A DNA stretch of 64,000 bases from Chthonomonadales bacterium (GTDB lineage: Bacteria; Armatimonadota; Chthonomonadetes; Chthonomonadales; CAJBBX01): contig JAAYVH010000044.1 of NCBI GenBank assembly GCA_012517255.1, forward strand, positions 2,295 through 66,294, in the 5' to 3' direction. Shown here one piece after another: positions 19,068 to 27,970 of the stretch (its first letter is position 1; the number at the start of each line of letters is the position of its first letter). Under the pieces are notes generated by a model. The model worked only from the letters and a program-made list of their open reading frames with translations, ran no database searches and had not been told where the DNA came from. The position numbers and the translations under genes are program-made.

Positions 19068-20372
19068 CTAACGGCTGGCGCCGATCTGGTCGCTCTCCAG
19101 ATAGAGGACCTCGCCGTCGTCGTCATACTGCAGCAGCTCGGCATAGCGCCCCCACTCGATGGCTAGGTCCAACTGACGCTCGGCTTCGTCGGGAGGAAAC
19201 TCCAGCTCCAGAGCCTTCAAGGCGACATCGTATTCCAGCCGCCGGTCGTTGGCAGCGTTCAGCAGGCCCAGCAGCCACTGGATGAGCGGGAGACGACGCA
19301 GGCGCGTGGCGAATATCTCCCTGCGGGCGACGATTCTGGCCTCGGCAAATGCCTCGCCCAGCGGCGTCAGATCAATGTCGCCCTGCGCCACCGTGGCAAA
19401 GCCAAGGAGCTCGGCCGCTTCCGACAGACGAAGGACGTAATCCGAATCGATGTGAAGCGCTTCCGTGAGTCGGAAGAGGTCTGCGGGCTTCCCGAGGTCC
19501 GCCACGTACTCGAGCAGCGTCTCGAGAACATCCACTGGCACGTTGGGCAAGGCGCGCGTGCGGCCCGGCTGGCCCGGGGCCGTGCCGATCTCGACATGCT
19601 CCGGCTGTGTCTGGCCTGCGAGGGTCGCATACGCATGGTCAACAAGCGCAGCAAAGCGCGGCGAGCTCCGATCGCGAGGGTGCGGCAGATCCACGATGAC
19701 ATCGGCCACGACTCGGCCTGGCTCCTTGTCCATCACGACGATGCGGTCGGACATGAAGACCGCCTCCTCGATGCTGTGGGTCACCATCAATATCGCCTTC
19801 GTGGGCATCGTGCCGCTCGTCCACATCTCAAGGAGTTCGCCTCGGAGGCTCTCCGCGCTCAGCACATCCAGAGCCGAGAACGGCTCGTCGAGGCATAGGA
19901 GCTCCGGCGCTACGGCCAGCGCGCGTGCGAAGCCGACCTTCTGGCGCATGCCGCCCGACAGCTCGCGCGGGAACGCCGTCTCGAATCCGTCGAGTCCGAC
20001 GAGGCTGATCAGCTCCTCGGCTCGCTGGGCGCGCTGCTCGGGCGAGAAGCCGCGGGGCTTGAGAGCCACTTCCACATTCTGCCGCACGGTCAGCCACGGA
20101 AACAGTGCGAAGGTCTGAAACACGATCGTGGCGTGCGGATTCACCCCATCGAGCGGTCTGCCGCGATAGAGCACCCGGCCTTCCGTGGGCTTCTGGAGGC
20201 CGGTTGTGATGCGCAGCAGGGTGCTCTTGCCGCATCCCGATGGACCGAGCAAGGCCACAAACTCGCTCTCTCCGACGGTGATGTTGACGTCGCGGATGGC
20301 GACGAACTCCTTGCGCCCCGATCGGTAGGTCTGGGTGATCTGCCGCAGTTTGACCAGCGCGTTGTCGTTCAT
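19068..20372 (-). CDS. ABC transporter ATP-binding protein (nitrate/sulfonate/bicarbonate-type NBD) with a ~190-aa C-terminal extension
   Basis: ORF track 19068..20405, with the ATG at 20372 (MNDNALV...). Walker A GPSGCGKST, signature LSGGMRQKV and Walker B LLCLDEPFSALD. Confidence 0.85.
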   Translation of the reverse strand: MNDNALVKLRQITQTYRSGRKEFVAIRDVNITVGESEFVALLGPSGCGKSTLLRITTGLQKPTEGRVLYRGRPLDGVNPHATIVFQTFALFPWLTVRQNVEVALKPRGFSPEQRAQRAEELISLVGLDGFETAFPRELSGGMRQKVGFARALAVAPELLCLDEPFSALDVLSAESLRGELLEMWTSGTMPTKAILMVTHSIEEAVFMSDRIVVMDKEPGRVVADVIVDLPHPRDRSSPRFAALVDHAYATLAGQTQPEHVEIGTAPGQPGRTRALPNVPVDVLETLLEYVADLGKPADLFRLTEALHIDSDYVLRLSEAAELLGFATVAQGDIDLTPLGEAFAEARIVARREIFATRLRRLPLIQWLLGLLNAANDRRLEYDVALKALELEFPPDEAERQLDLAIEWGRYAELLQYDDDGEVLYLESDQIGASR

Positions 20373-20373
20373 A

Positions 20374-22098
20374 TCACCCCTCGATTCTGTAGCGTGTCTC
20401 GGCAAGGCGGTACAGCCGATGCCAGAAGACGCGGTTGATCAGCACCACCGAAACGATCATCGCCAGAGTAGCCGCCAGCAGCAGAGGATAGTTTCCCGCC
20501 GCAGTGGCCCGGGCGATCATGGAACCGATGCCGGCGGTGAAGACCGTCTTGCCGCCGAACTGAGAGTACTCGGCGACGATGCTGGCGTTCCATGCGCCGC
20601 CGCTCGCGGTGATCGCGCCGGTGATGATGTAGGGAAAGAGCGCCGGAATCACGAGCGTTCGCCACCGCTCCCATGGGCTCATGCCGATCAGGGCCGAGGT
20701 GTACTTCAGGTCCTGCGGTATCGCGCTGGCGCCCGCAATGACGTTGAACAGCAGGTACCACTGAGTGCCCATGAGCATCAGCATGACGGCCGCAATGTTC
20801 AGTCCGCCGGGGAGCCCCAGCATGAACAACAGCAGGACCGGGAACAACGCAGTCGCAGGCACCGATGCCGTGATCTGAATCACGGGCTGCAGCCAGTCGG
20901 CGATCTTGCGATTGGTTGCGAGGGCAACTCCGACCGGAACCGTCCAGGCAAGCGCAATCGCCATCGCCGCTGCGACCCGCGCCAGAGTCGCGAGGAGACC
21001 GAGCGCGATCCCGGTCCACTCGTCTGCAGGGACGTGCAGCAACATCCCGACCGCCCGGACGGCCCCATAGGCCAGCCCCACGGCGGCCAGCACGATGAAA
21101 GCCGATGCGCATCCGCTCCTCCTCGTATGAGCCGTGCCGGGCCGGATGGGCGCCAACCAGCGCGCCATGGCTGCATCAAGCCGCTCGCCGATCGGACGGA
21201 TGACGCTCGCCGTGAACCAGCTTGCCACAGCCGAAGTGCGCAGTATGTCGAAGAACCACGAGCTCGGCTCTGTCGCGCCGCTCACCATCTCCAGCTTGAA
21301 GCGGTCGGCCCACACCAGCAGAGGTCGCCAGACAAGCTGATCGAGGCCGACGATGACGAGGATGAGCGTGCCGAGCCCCCACCCGATGGCGGTCATGTCG
21401 CCCCGATCGGCTGCTGTCTGGAGATAGCTACCGATGCCGGGCAGACGGAAGTCCCGCTGTCCCACGGTGAACATCTCGGCGGCCATGAGGAAAAACCACC
21501 CGCCCGCCCAGCTCATGATGCTGTTCCACAGCAAGCCGATCGCCCCGAAGGGCAGCTCCAGATGCTTGAGCGACAACCAGGCATTGAACCGAAAGATCGC
21601 AGAAGCTTCCCGCAGATCACCCGGCACGGTGGTAAGCGACTGATACCAAGAGAACGTCATGTTCCACGCCTGACTGGTGAAGATGAGCACCACCGACGCC
21701 GCTTCTGCCGCCACGCGCTCGGGCAGTACGGTGGCCAGTCCGAGCAGCACGACGGGGAGGAACGACAGGATCGGCACGCTCTGGAGCACATCGAGTAACG
21801 GCAGGAGAAACTGGCGAATGGTCGGACTCTTCGCGGCTGCATAGCCGTACACCAGCGTGAACACAAGGGACAGCGCGTAGGCCAGCGCCATCCGTGAGAC
21901 CGAGAGCGCGGCATAGAGCGGCAGAGTCGACGGCTGCAATGAGACCGCGGGTCCACGCGTGATCGCCGGCGCATGGGCGGCGAGTTCCGCGCCTACGTAG
22001 ACGACCACGGCAATGCCGATGAGTACCACGCCGTCGGCCCATCGCAAGCCGTGGATGAACGGTCCTATCGGGGAGAACCTGCGAAGCAGCCCATTCAT
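20374..22098 (-). CDS. ABC transporter permease, duplicated (two fused permease domains)
   Basis: ORF track 20374..22164 (TTG start). I prefer the ATG at 22098, which is preceded by GGGGG; the start remains uncertain. Many TM segments in two repeated halves. The stop lies 1-2 nt before the ATPase start. Confidence 0.8.
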   Translation of the reverse strand: MNGLLRRFSPIGPFIHGLRWADGVVLIGIAVVVYVGAELAAHAPAITRGPAVSLQPSTLPLYAALSVSRMALAYALSLVFTLVYGYAAAKSPTIRQFLLPLLDVLQSVPILSFLPVVLLGLATVLPERVAAEAASVVLIFTSQAWNMTFSWYQSLTTVPGDLREASAIFRFNAWLSLKHLELPFGAIGLLWNSIMSWAGGWFFLMAAEMFTVGQRDFRLPGIGSYLQTAADRGDMTAIGWGLGTLILVIVGLDQLVWRPLLVWADRFKLEMVSGATEPSSWFFDILRTSAVASWFTASVIRPIGERLDAAMARWLAPIRPGTAHTRRSGCASAFIVLAAVGLAYGAVRAVGMLLHVPADEWTGIALGLLATLARVAAAMAIALAWTVPVGVALATNRKIADWLQPVIQITASVPATALFPVLLLFMLGLPGGLNIAAVMLMLMGTQWYLLFNVIAGASAIPQDLKYTSALIGMSPWERWRTLVIPALFPYIITGAITASGGAWNASIVAEYSQFGGKTVFTAGIGSMIARATAAGNYPLLLAATLAMIVSVVLINRVFWHRLYRLAETRYRIEG

Positions 22099-22464
22099 GC
22101 TGAGCCCCCGTGCCATCGGGCATGTGCGTAGCAGGCCGTTGGCATGGACAGACTGGTGCGGCAAGGGGCTGCGGCATTCAGACCGAAAGCGAGGGAGCTA
22201 CACTGAGGAACGCATCGCGCCAGGACAGTGCCATGCTTCGGATGCCCCGGCGCACCCGTGCGCAGACAACGCACCGAAAGGCGCGCGTTGCGGCGGTATG
22301 TCGGGGTCATCCGATCGAACCATGGAGGGTTTCCTGCTAGGCGGTGCAGCATGACAGTATACCCGACCGCCGGTCGGAATCCCCCGATCCAGATCGGCTT
22401 GCCGAATGCGGCTCGTATCGGTTACCATACCATGCGCGGATCGGCGCGAGCAAAGGAGCACGTC

Positions 22465-22674
22465 ATGTCACCGGCACGAGTTCGCAAGCAGATCGTCTGC
22501 CCGGAGTGTGGGCGACCTGTTCGGGTGGTGCCTGCTTCGGCAGCCAAGATTCAAGCCGAGAACTTGCCTGACGAGGATGCGCTGGCCGAGGTAGTCGCTG
22601 AGCCCGGCTCGTCGTCCGCCGTCGAGGTGATCATCGAGGAGGGGCCCGTCTGCCCGAGATGCGCCGGGCATTAG
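22465..22674 (+). CDS. Small zinc-ribbon protein (CPxC...CPxC)
   Basis: Internal ATG of ORF 22228..22674, preceded by an AAGGAG RBS. The 69-aa product is MSPARVRKQIVCPECGRPV...GPVCPRCAGH, with an acidic middle region. Confidence 0.45.
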   Translation: MSPARVRKQIVCPECGRPVRVVPASAAKIQAENLPDEDALAEVVAEPGSSSAVEVIIEEGPVCPRCAGH

Positions 22675-22704
22675 GGTCCCGTTGTCGCTCTGCCCGAGCA
22701 CCAC

Positions 22705-22732
22705 GGCCCCTCCGGTTCGCACCGGAGGGGCC
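22705..22732. terminator. Perfect hairpin between convergent genes
   Basis: 12-bp inverted repeat GGCCCCTCCGGT / ACCGGAGGGGCC (22705-22716 and 22721-22732) with loop TCGC, located between the stops at 22674 (+) and 22768 (-). Confidence 0.4.
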
Positions 22733-22767
22733 GTCTGTTGGGGAGGGGGAGGATGAAGTCCCGTACG

Positions 22768-24294
22768 CTACGGCGCTACAACCGTGACGAGGGTACGAGC
22801 GTTCTCTCGACGAATGACCAGCGGAATCCGGTCCCCTGACTTCACGCCGCTGAGGGCTCGGTCAAGGTCGGCGGGCGCCGTCATCTCTCTTCCGTTGGCC
22901 CGCAGGATCACGTCGCCGGGCTGCACACCTGCCTCGTCGGCCGGGCTGCCGGCTTCGACCTGAACTACCACCACGCCGCGCTGGATGTCGCCGAGGTTGT
23001 ACTTGCGCGCGCTGTCCGGCGTCACGCGCTCAACCTTGATCCCCAGTTTGCTTCCGCCGGCGCTCGGGCCGGAGGCGTCGGCGACCCCTAGGTCCGGAGC
23101 TGCTTCGAGCTTGGCGGTCAGCTTGACGTCCTTGCCGCCTCGCCGCACGACGATCTCGACGGTCTCGCCAGGATTGGTCCAGGCAATGACGTTGCGGAAG
23201 TCCACGTCATCCTCGATGTCCTTGCCGTTGACCTTGACAATGACGTCCTCGGGCTGAAGACCTGCCTTGGCTGCAGGCGTGTTCTCGCTGACCGTCTCGA
23301 CGAGCGCGCCGCCCGACTTGACGCCGTACTTCTCACGCTGGGCCGGCGTCAACGCGGTGGGTACGACGCCAAGGAAACCGCGAACCACCTTGCCTTTGCT
23401 GATCAACGCGTCGGAAATCTGCTTCGCCGTGTTGGACGGGATGGCGAAACCGATACCCACGTTGCCGCCCGTCGGCGACTTGATCGCCACGTTGATCCCG
23501 ATGACCCGGCCCGTAGCATCCACCAGCGGACCGCCTGAGTTGCCCGGGTTGATGGAGGCATCGGTCTGCAGCAACGTTGGATAGAACCGCCCCTCGGTTC
23601 CCTCGGCGATGGCCTGCTGGCGTTTCTTGGCGCTGATGATCCCGAGGGTCATCGTGTCGTCGAGCGCCAGCGGCGCGCCGAACGCGAGCGCCCACTGTCC
23701 CACGCGCACCTTGTCGGAGTCGGCGAACTGAGCGACGGGGAGATCCCTGGCATCAATCTTGACGACGGCGAGGTCGCTGCGGTAGTCGCGTCGAACGGTG
23801 CCGTCGAACTCCCTGCCGTCCTCAAGCTTCACGGTCACTTTGTCGGCTCCGCCAACCACATGATCGTTGGTGAGCACCCAGCCATCGGGACGAATGACGA
23901 CGCCGCTGCCGCCGCCCTCGGCGCGAAAACCGCGCGGGAACTGGCGGAACTCCGGCCCCTCGCCGCCCGGTCCTCGGAAGAAGTCGCGGAACAGGTCATT
24001 GATATCCGGCACATCGCCGCCGGCCTGCACGGTCCGGCGGGCTCGAATGGAAACCACCGTCGGAAGCACGCGCTGCGCTATGGCCACGAAGCCATCTTCG
24101 AGCGAAGCCAGACCCGACGTCCGCTGTGCAAGCGCGGCATCGCTGATCGCGGCGGTCTGGGTACGTGCCTGATAGGCTCCTTCGGCCAGACTGGGCCGCG
24201 TCAACAACGAACCTGTCAGAGCGCACCCGACCAGGAACGCGGCGATCAGCATTCCCGCACGCGCCTTCGGGCGCGACCATATATCTGCAACCAT
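22768..24294 (-). CDS. htrA: HtrA/DegP-family periplasmic serine protease with two PDZ domains
   Basis: ORF track 22768..24411, with the ATG at 24294 (GAGGAGGG RBS). Catalytic motifs TNDHVV, DLAVVKI and GNSGGPL. Two PDZ-like C-terminal repeats. Confidence 0.85.
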   Translation of the reverse strand: MVADIWSRPKARAGMLIAAFLVGCALTGSLLTRPSLAEGAYQARTQTAAISDAALAQRTSGLASLEDGFVAIAQRVLPTVVSIRARRTVQAGGDVPDINDLFRDFFRGPGGEGPEFRQFPRGFRAEGGGSGVVIRPDGWVLTNDHVVGGADKVTVKLEDGREFDGTVRRDYRSDLAVVKIDARDLPVAQFADSDKVRVGQWALAFGAPLALDDTMTLGIISAKKRQQAIAEGTEGRFYPTLLQTDASINPGNSGGPLVDATGRVIGINVAIKSPTGGNVGIGFAIPSNTAKQISDALISKGKVVRGFLGVVPTALTPAQREKYGVKSGGALVETVSENTPAAKAGLQPEDVIVKVNGKDIEDDVDFRNVIAWTNPGETVEIVVRRGGKDVKLTAKLEAAPDLGVADASGPSAGGSKLGIKVERVTPDSARKYNLGDIQRGVVVVQVEAGSPADEAGVQPGDVILRANGREMTAPADLDRALSGVKSGDRIPLVIRRENARTLVTVVAP

Positions 24295-24456
24295 CGAATG
24301 CCCTCCTCGCGGGAGCGCAAGGTTGTGCATGGCGCACCCGCATCTTTCGTGCATTTCATACGCGTTGGCGCCGTGGTGCAGTTCCCCTCCGGCAAGCGTA
24401 CGGACGAGCACTTCCGGTGAGCCTGTGCGAGCGTGGGGGATGGTGTCTGGGCACGC

Positions 24457-25383
24457 CTAGTACGAGGCGACGATTCTGGCGGTGTCCTGGACGTCCCGGG
24501 CGATCTGGGCCGTCAGTGCGTCGCGACTGTCGTAGCGCTGCTGGTCGCGCAAGCGGCGCAGGAATGCCACTTCGATCACGCGGCCATAGAGGTCGCCGGC
24601 GAAGCCGATCAGATGCACCTCGATTACGCGGTGCGTGCCTCCCATGGAGGGGCGCGTGCCGATGCTGCAGGCGCCTGCGTAGACGACCCCATCCAGGTGG
24701 ACTGTCGTGGCATAGACGCCGTCGGCGGGGGTGGCCTGCCGCACGGCGCAGCGCAGGTTGGCCGTCGGGTATCCGAGCTCCCTGCCGATGCGATCGCCGG
24801 CAACCACGGTACCGGCCAGCTCGAACGGTCGTCCCAGCAGGCTGGCTACGCCCTCGACGTCGCCTGCCTCCAGCGCGGTGCGGGCGCGACTACTCGATGC
24901 GGGGAACCCGCCGACGAGAACGGCGGGCACGACGTTGACCGTGAACCCCATACGGCGGCCCAACGTGCGCAGGAGGTCGGCATCGCCGCGCCGCCCTCTC
25001 CCGAACACGAAACCCTGTCCGACGTGCACCGTCGAAGCCGCCATGCCCCGGACCAGCACCTGGGTGACGAAGTCCTCGGCCTCCATGCTCCGCATGGCAT
25101 CGTCGAACGGCGCGATGAGCAGGAGATCAACCCCGAGTGCGGCGATGTGGCGTTGGCGCTGGTCGGGCGTATCGAGCAGGAGCGGAGCTCGGCGGGGATC
25201 CAGCGTCTCGAGGGGATGGCGATCGAACGTGAGAACCGCTGATCGGATCAGGCCTGTGTGGGCCTGCTGTACCGCGGATCGGATGAGGGCCTGATGACCC
25301 AGGTGGACGCCGTCGAACGTCCCGATGGCTACGGCAGTCGGACCCTCGCACGGCGCCAGGGTCAGTCCGTGCACGGTTCTCAT
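24457..25383 (-). CDS. ribF: Bifunctional riboflavin kinase / FMN adenylyltransferase
   Basis: ORF track 24457..25383 (308 aa). GTFDGVHLGHQALI nucleotidyltransferase motif and a C-terminal riboflavin-kinase domain. Overlaps the truB stop. Confidence 0.85.
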   Translation of the reverse strand: MRTVHGLTLAPCEGPTAVAIGTFDGVHLGHQALIRSAVQQAHTGLIRSAVLTFDRHPLETLDPRRAPLLLDTPDQRQRHIAALGVDLLLIAPFDDAMRSMEAEDFVTQVLVRGMAASTVHVGQGFVFGRGRRGDADLLRTLGRRMGFTVNVVPAVLVGGFPASSSRARTALEAGDVEGVASLLGRPFELAGTVVAGDRIGRELGYPTANLRCAVRQATPADGVYATTVHLDGVVYAGACSIGTRPSMGGTHRVIEVHLIGFAGDLYGRVIEVAFLRRLRDQQRYDSRDALTAQIARDVQDTARIVASY

Positions 25384-26324
25384 CGGGTGGTCTCCGCTGC
25401 GTTCAGGACCTTGACAGGCCTCAGCTCCCGATCGTCGCGCGTTACGATGGCATAGCGCGCTGCGTCACACACAACCAGGATCGGCCCCTCCGCACTCACG
25501 AGAAGATCCGGCGGGCACGCCACGGCGCAGCCATCGCGCAGCCGAGCGAAGGTGTTGCCGTCCAGTCGGACCTGCGGCATCGTGCTGAGGGCCTTCTCGA
25601 TGGGCAGAAGCGTCAGCGCCCCATCCGGTGTCTGCGCCTCTTCGAGGGTGAAACGGCCCGCGCGCGTTCTCCGCAGCGCCGTAAGCGCACCGCCGCATCC
25701 CAGAGCAGCGCCCAGGTCGGCGGCGAGCGTGCGGACATAGGTGCCTGCGGAGCACACTACCGAGATATCCGCCGTAGGCGGAGGTTCCGCTGAGAAATCC
25801 TGCAACGTGAGCGAGTGCACGGTCACCGCACGAGCCTCGCGTTCCACCTCCAGACCGCGGCGGGCCAGATCGTAGAGGCGCTCGCCGCCGACATGGCGTG
25901 CGGATACCATCGGCGGGACCTGCAGAATCGTGCCTCGGAAGCGGGCGAGGGCATCTTCGACCGCAGCGCGCGTCAGATGGCTGGCATCGCCTGTGCGTGT
26001 CACCGTGCCGGTAATGTCCAGCGTGTCGGTTTCGATGCCGAATGCCACCGTGGCCTCGTACGCCTTGGGGTCTGTCTGAAGATACTCCATCACGCGAGTC
26101 GCCTGACCGACGCAAACGACGAGCACGCCGGTCGCCATCGGATCGAGCGTGCCGGCGTGGCCGACCCTGCGGCACCCGAGGCGACGACGCACGAGGTTCA
26201 CGACGTCATGGGAGGTCATGCCCCCGGGCTTGTCTACGACGGCGACGCCGAGGAGAGGGCTCTTACCAGACGCTTGTTCGAGCGCCGCAGGCTGTTGGTC
26301 CGAGGTGTCTGAGCACGCAGTCAT
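25380..26324 (-). CDS. truB: tRNA pseudouridine(55) synthase
   Basis: ORF track 25380..26390, with the ATG at 26324 (ATGA overlap with the upstream gene's stop). VDKPGGMTSHDVV and GHAGTLDPMATGVL motifs. Confidence 0.85.
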   Translation of the reverse strand: MTACSDTSDQQPAALEQASGKSPLLGVAVVDKPGGMTSHDVVNLVRRRLGCRRVGHAGTLDPMATGVLVVCVGQATRVMEYLQTDPKAYEATVAFGIETDTLDITGTVTRTGDASHLTRAAVEDALARFRGTILQVPPMVSARHVGGERLYDLARRGLEVEREARAVTVHSLTLQDFSAEPPPTADISVVCSAGTYVRTLAADLGAALGCGGALTALRRTRAGRFTLEEAQTPDGALTLLPIEKALSTMPQVRLDGNTFARLRDGCAVACPPDLLVSAEGPILVVCDAARYAIVTRDDRELRPVKVLNAAETTR

Positions 26325-27223
26325 GGGGCGGCGTTGAGCGCTCCCAGAATGCTCGTCACGGCCTCGTTCAAGCTCGTCTCGAGGGTGCACCCGGCTGCCG
26401 CCACATGACCGCCTCCGCCGAAGCGCTCGGCGATGACGCTGACGTCCGTGTCGCGACGTGATCGGAGGCTCACGCGGACCTTGCCGTCGGGCAGTTCCCG
26501 CAGCAGGACTCCCACGTCGGTCCCGCGCACAGCGCGCACATGCGTGACGATGCCTTCGGTGTCCTCATCCGTTGCGCCGAGCTCGGCAAAGTCCTTCGCG
26601 GTAATGACGGTCCAGGAAATCCTGCCGTCGCGTGTCACCTGCAGGGCATCCAGCGCCCTTCCCAGCAGCTTCAGGCTCGGCAGTGATCGCGTCTCGAACA
26701 CCAGCTCGCTGATGCAGGCAGGGCATGCGCCATAGTGCATCAGGGCGGCAGAAACGCGGAAGGTCGCTGCCGTCACATTCATGAAGCGGAAAGAGCCCGT
26801 ATCCGTCACGATAGCGCACAGGAGGCAGTCGGCAATGTCCTTGGTGAAGGGCAGCCGCATATGACGCAGCAGCGAGTAGACGATTTCGCCGGTGGCCGCC
26901 GCACGAGGGTTCACCACCCTAACGCGGCCGAACTCGCTCTCGCTGGCGTGGTGATCAATGACGACCGTGTCGGCGGCCGAACGCGCAAGTCTGCCGACGT
27001 CGCCCACGCGATCGGGCGTGGCGGCATCGCACAGAATGGCCAGATCGAAGGGACCTTCGGCATCGGCGGCGAGCTGATCGGCGCCTGGGAGCCAGCGGTA
27101 TATCTCCGGCACGCCGTCAACGGACAGCGGCGTCACCTCCTTGCCGATGGCTCGCAAAGCATGTGTCAGCGCAAGGACGCAACCGAGCGAATCGCCGTCC
27201 GGGGTAACGTGCCCGGTGATCAT
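26321..27223 (-). CDS. nrnA: DHH/DHHA1 phosphoesterase (NrnA-like oligoribonuclease / pAp phosphatase)
   Basis: ORF track 26321..27223 (300 aa). DHH motifs HVTPDGDSLG, DHH (IDHHAS) and C-terminal GGGH. The N-terminus looks short and no canonical start codon exists further upstream in frame. Confidence 0.75.
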   Translation of the reverse strand: MITGHVTPDGDSLGCVLALTHALRAIGKEVTPLSVDGVPEIYRWLPGADQLAADAEGPFDLAILCDAATPDRVGDVGRLARSAADTVVIDHHASESEFGRVRVVNPRAAATGEIVYSLLRHMRLPFTKDIADCLLCAIVTDTGSFRFMNVTAATFRVSAALMHYGACPACISELVFETRSLPSLKLLGRALDALQVTRDGRISWTVITAKDFAELGATDEDTEGIVTHVRAVRGTDVGVLLRELPDGKVRVSLRSRRDTDVSVIAERFGGGGHVAAAGCTLETSLNEAVTSILGALNAAP

Positions 27224-27257
27224 AATCGTTCGCGCGCACGCTATGGCATCGGCGGCA

Positions 27258-27626
27258 TCACGAATCGACTGGGCTATCGGTGCGGCTCTCAGCCTCTATC
27301 TCCTTGAGCAACTCGAATATGCGCGCGCCATGCTCGATGCCCTTGTCGGGCCGGAAATCGATCTCCGGAGCTATGCGCAACCGCGCGCGCCGCGTGAACT
27401 CGCCTCGAATATACCCGCTCGCGCTCCTGAGACCGTCCAGAGCCTCTTGCTGCCGATCGGGCTCCATGACGCTGACGTAGACGCGCGCATGCCGAAGATC
27501 ACGCGATATCTCCGCATGCGTGATCGTCACCATGCTGAGGCGTGGGTCCTTCAGGTCCCGGAGCAGCATGGCGCTGATCTCCTCGACCATCAGGCGCGCT
27601 ATCTGCTCCTGTCGTACTGTGGACAT
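27258..27626 (-). CDS. rbfA: Ribosome-binding factor A
   Basis: ORF track 27258..27626 (122 aa). RLMVEEISAMLLRDLKDPRL...VTITHAEISRDLRHARVYVS is typical of RbfA. Confidence 0.85.
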   Translation of the reverse strand: MSTVRQEQIARLMVEEISAMLLRDLKDPRLSMVTITHAEISRDLRHARVYVSVMEPDRQQEALDGLRSASGYIRGEFTRRARLRIAPEIDFRPDKGIEHGARIFELLKEIEAESRTDSPVDS

Positions 27627-27691
27627 TGCCGTGTCTTCCTGTGGACGCGATGGACGGTATCGGCATCACAGATGCTGCCTCTGCGCCCCGC

Positions 27692-27970
27692 TCACAGCAT
27701 CTCGACTGAGACTTCACAGAGAACCACCTCGGGGCGGCTCTCGACGGTTGCGCGCACAGCCTCCAGCACCTTGTGCGCGAAAGCGGCATCATTGGCCACG
27801 ACAGCGAAACCCAGCGTGGCCTGCTGGTGGGAGTCGAGATCGTCCAGCTCCGCAGCCGATACGTTGTAGCGACCTCGGACTCCCTCCAGAATGCTCTTGA
27901 TCACATGCCGTTTGTCTTTCAGCGATCTCGACTGCGGAATGTGCAGCGAGAGCGTCATGAAGCCGATCAC
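27692..27970 (-). CDS. DUF503 family protein
   Basis: ORF track 27692..28054. I call the GTG at 27970, which forms a GTGA overlap with the infB stop and gives (M)[25 protein letters not shown]..., matching the DUF503 N-terminal pattern. It sits between infB and rbfA, as is common. Confidence 0.7.
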   Translation of the reverse strand: MIGFMTLSLHIPQSRSLKDKRHVIKSILEGVRGRYNVSAAELDDLDSHQQATLGFAVVANDAAFAHKVLEAVRATVESRPEVVLCEVSVEML

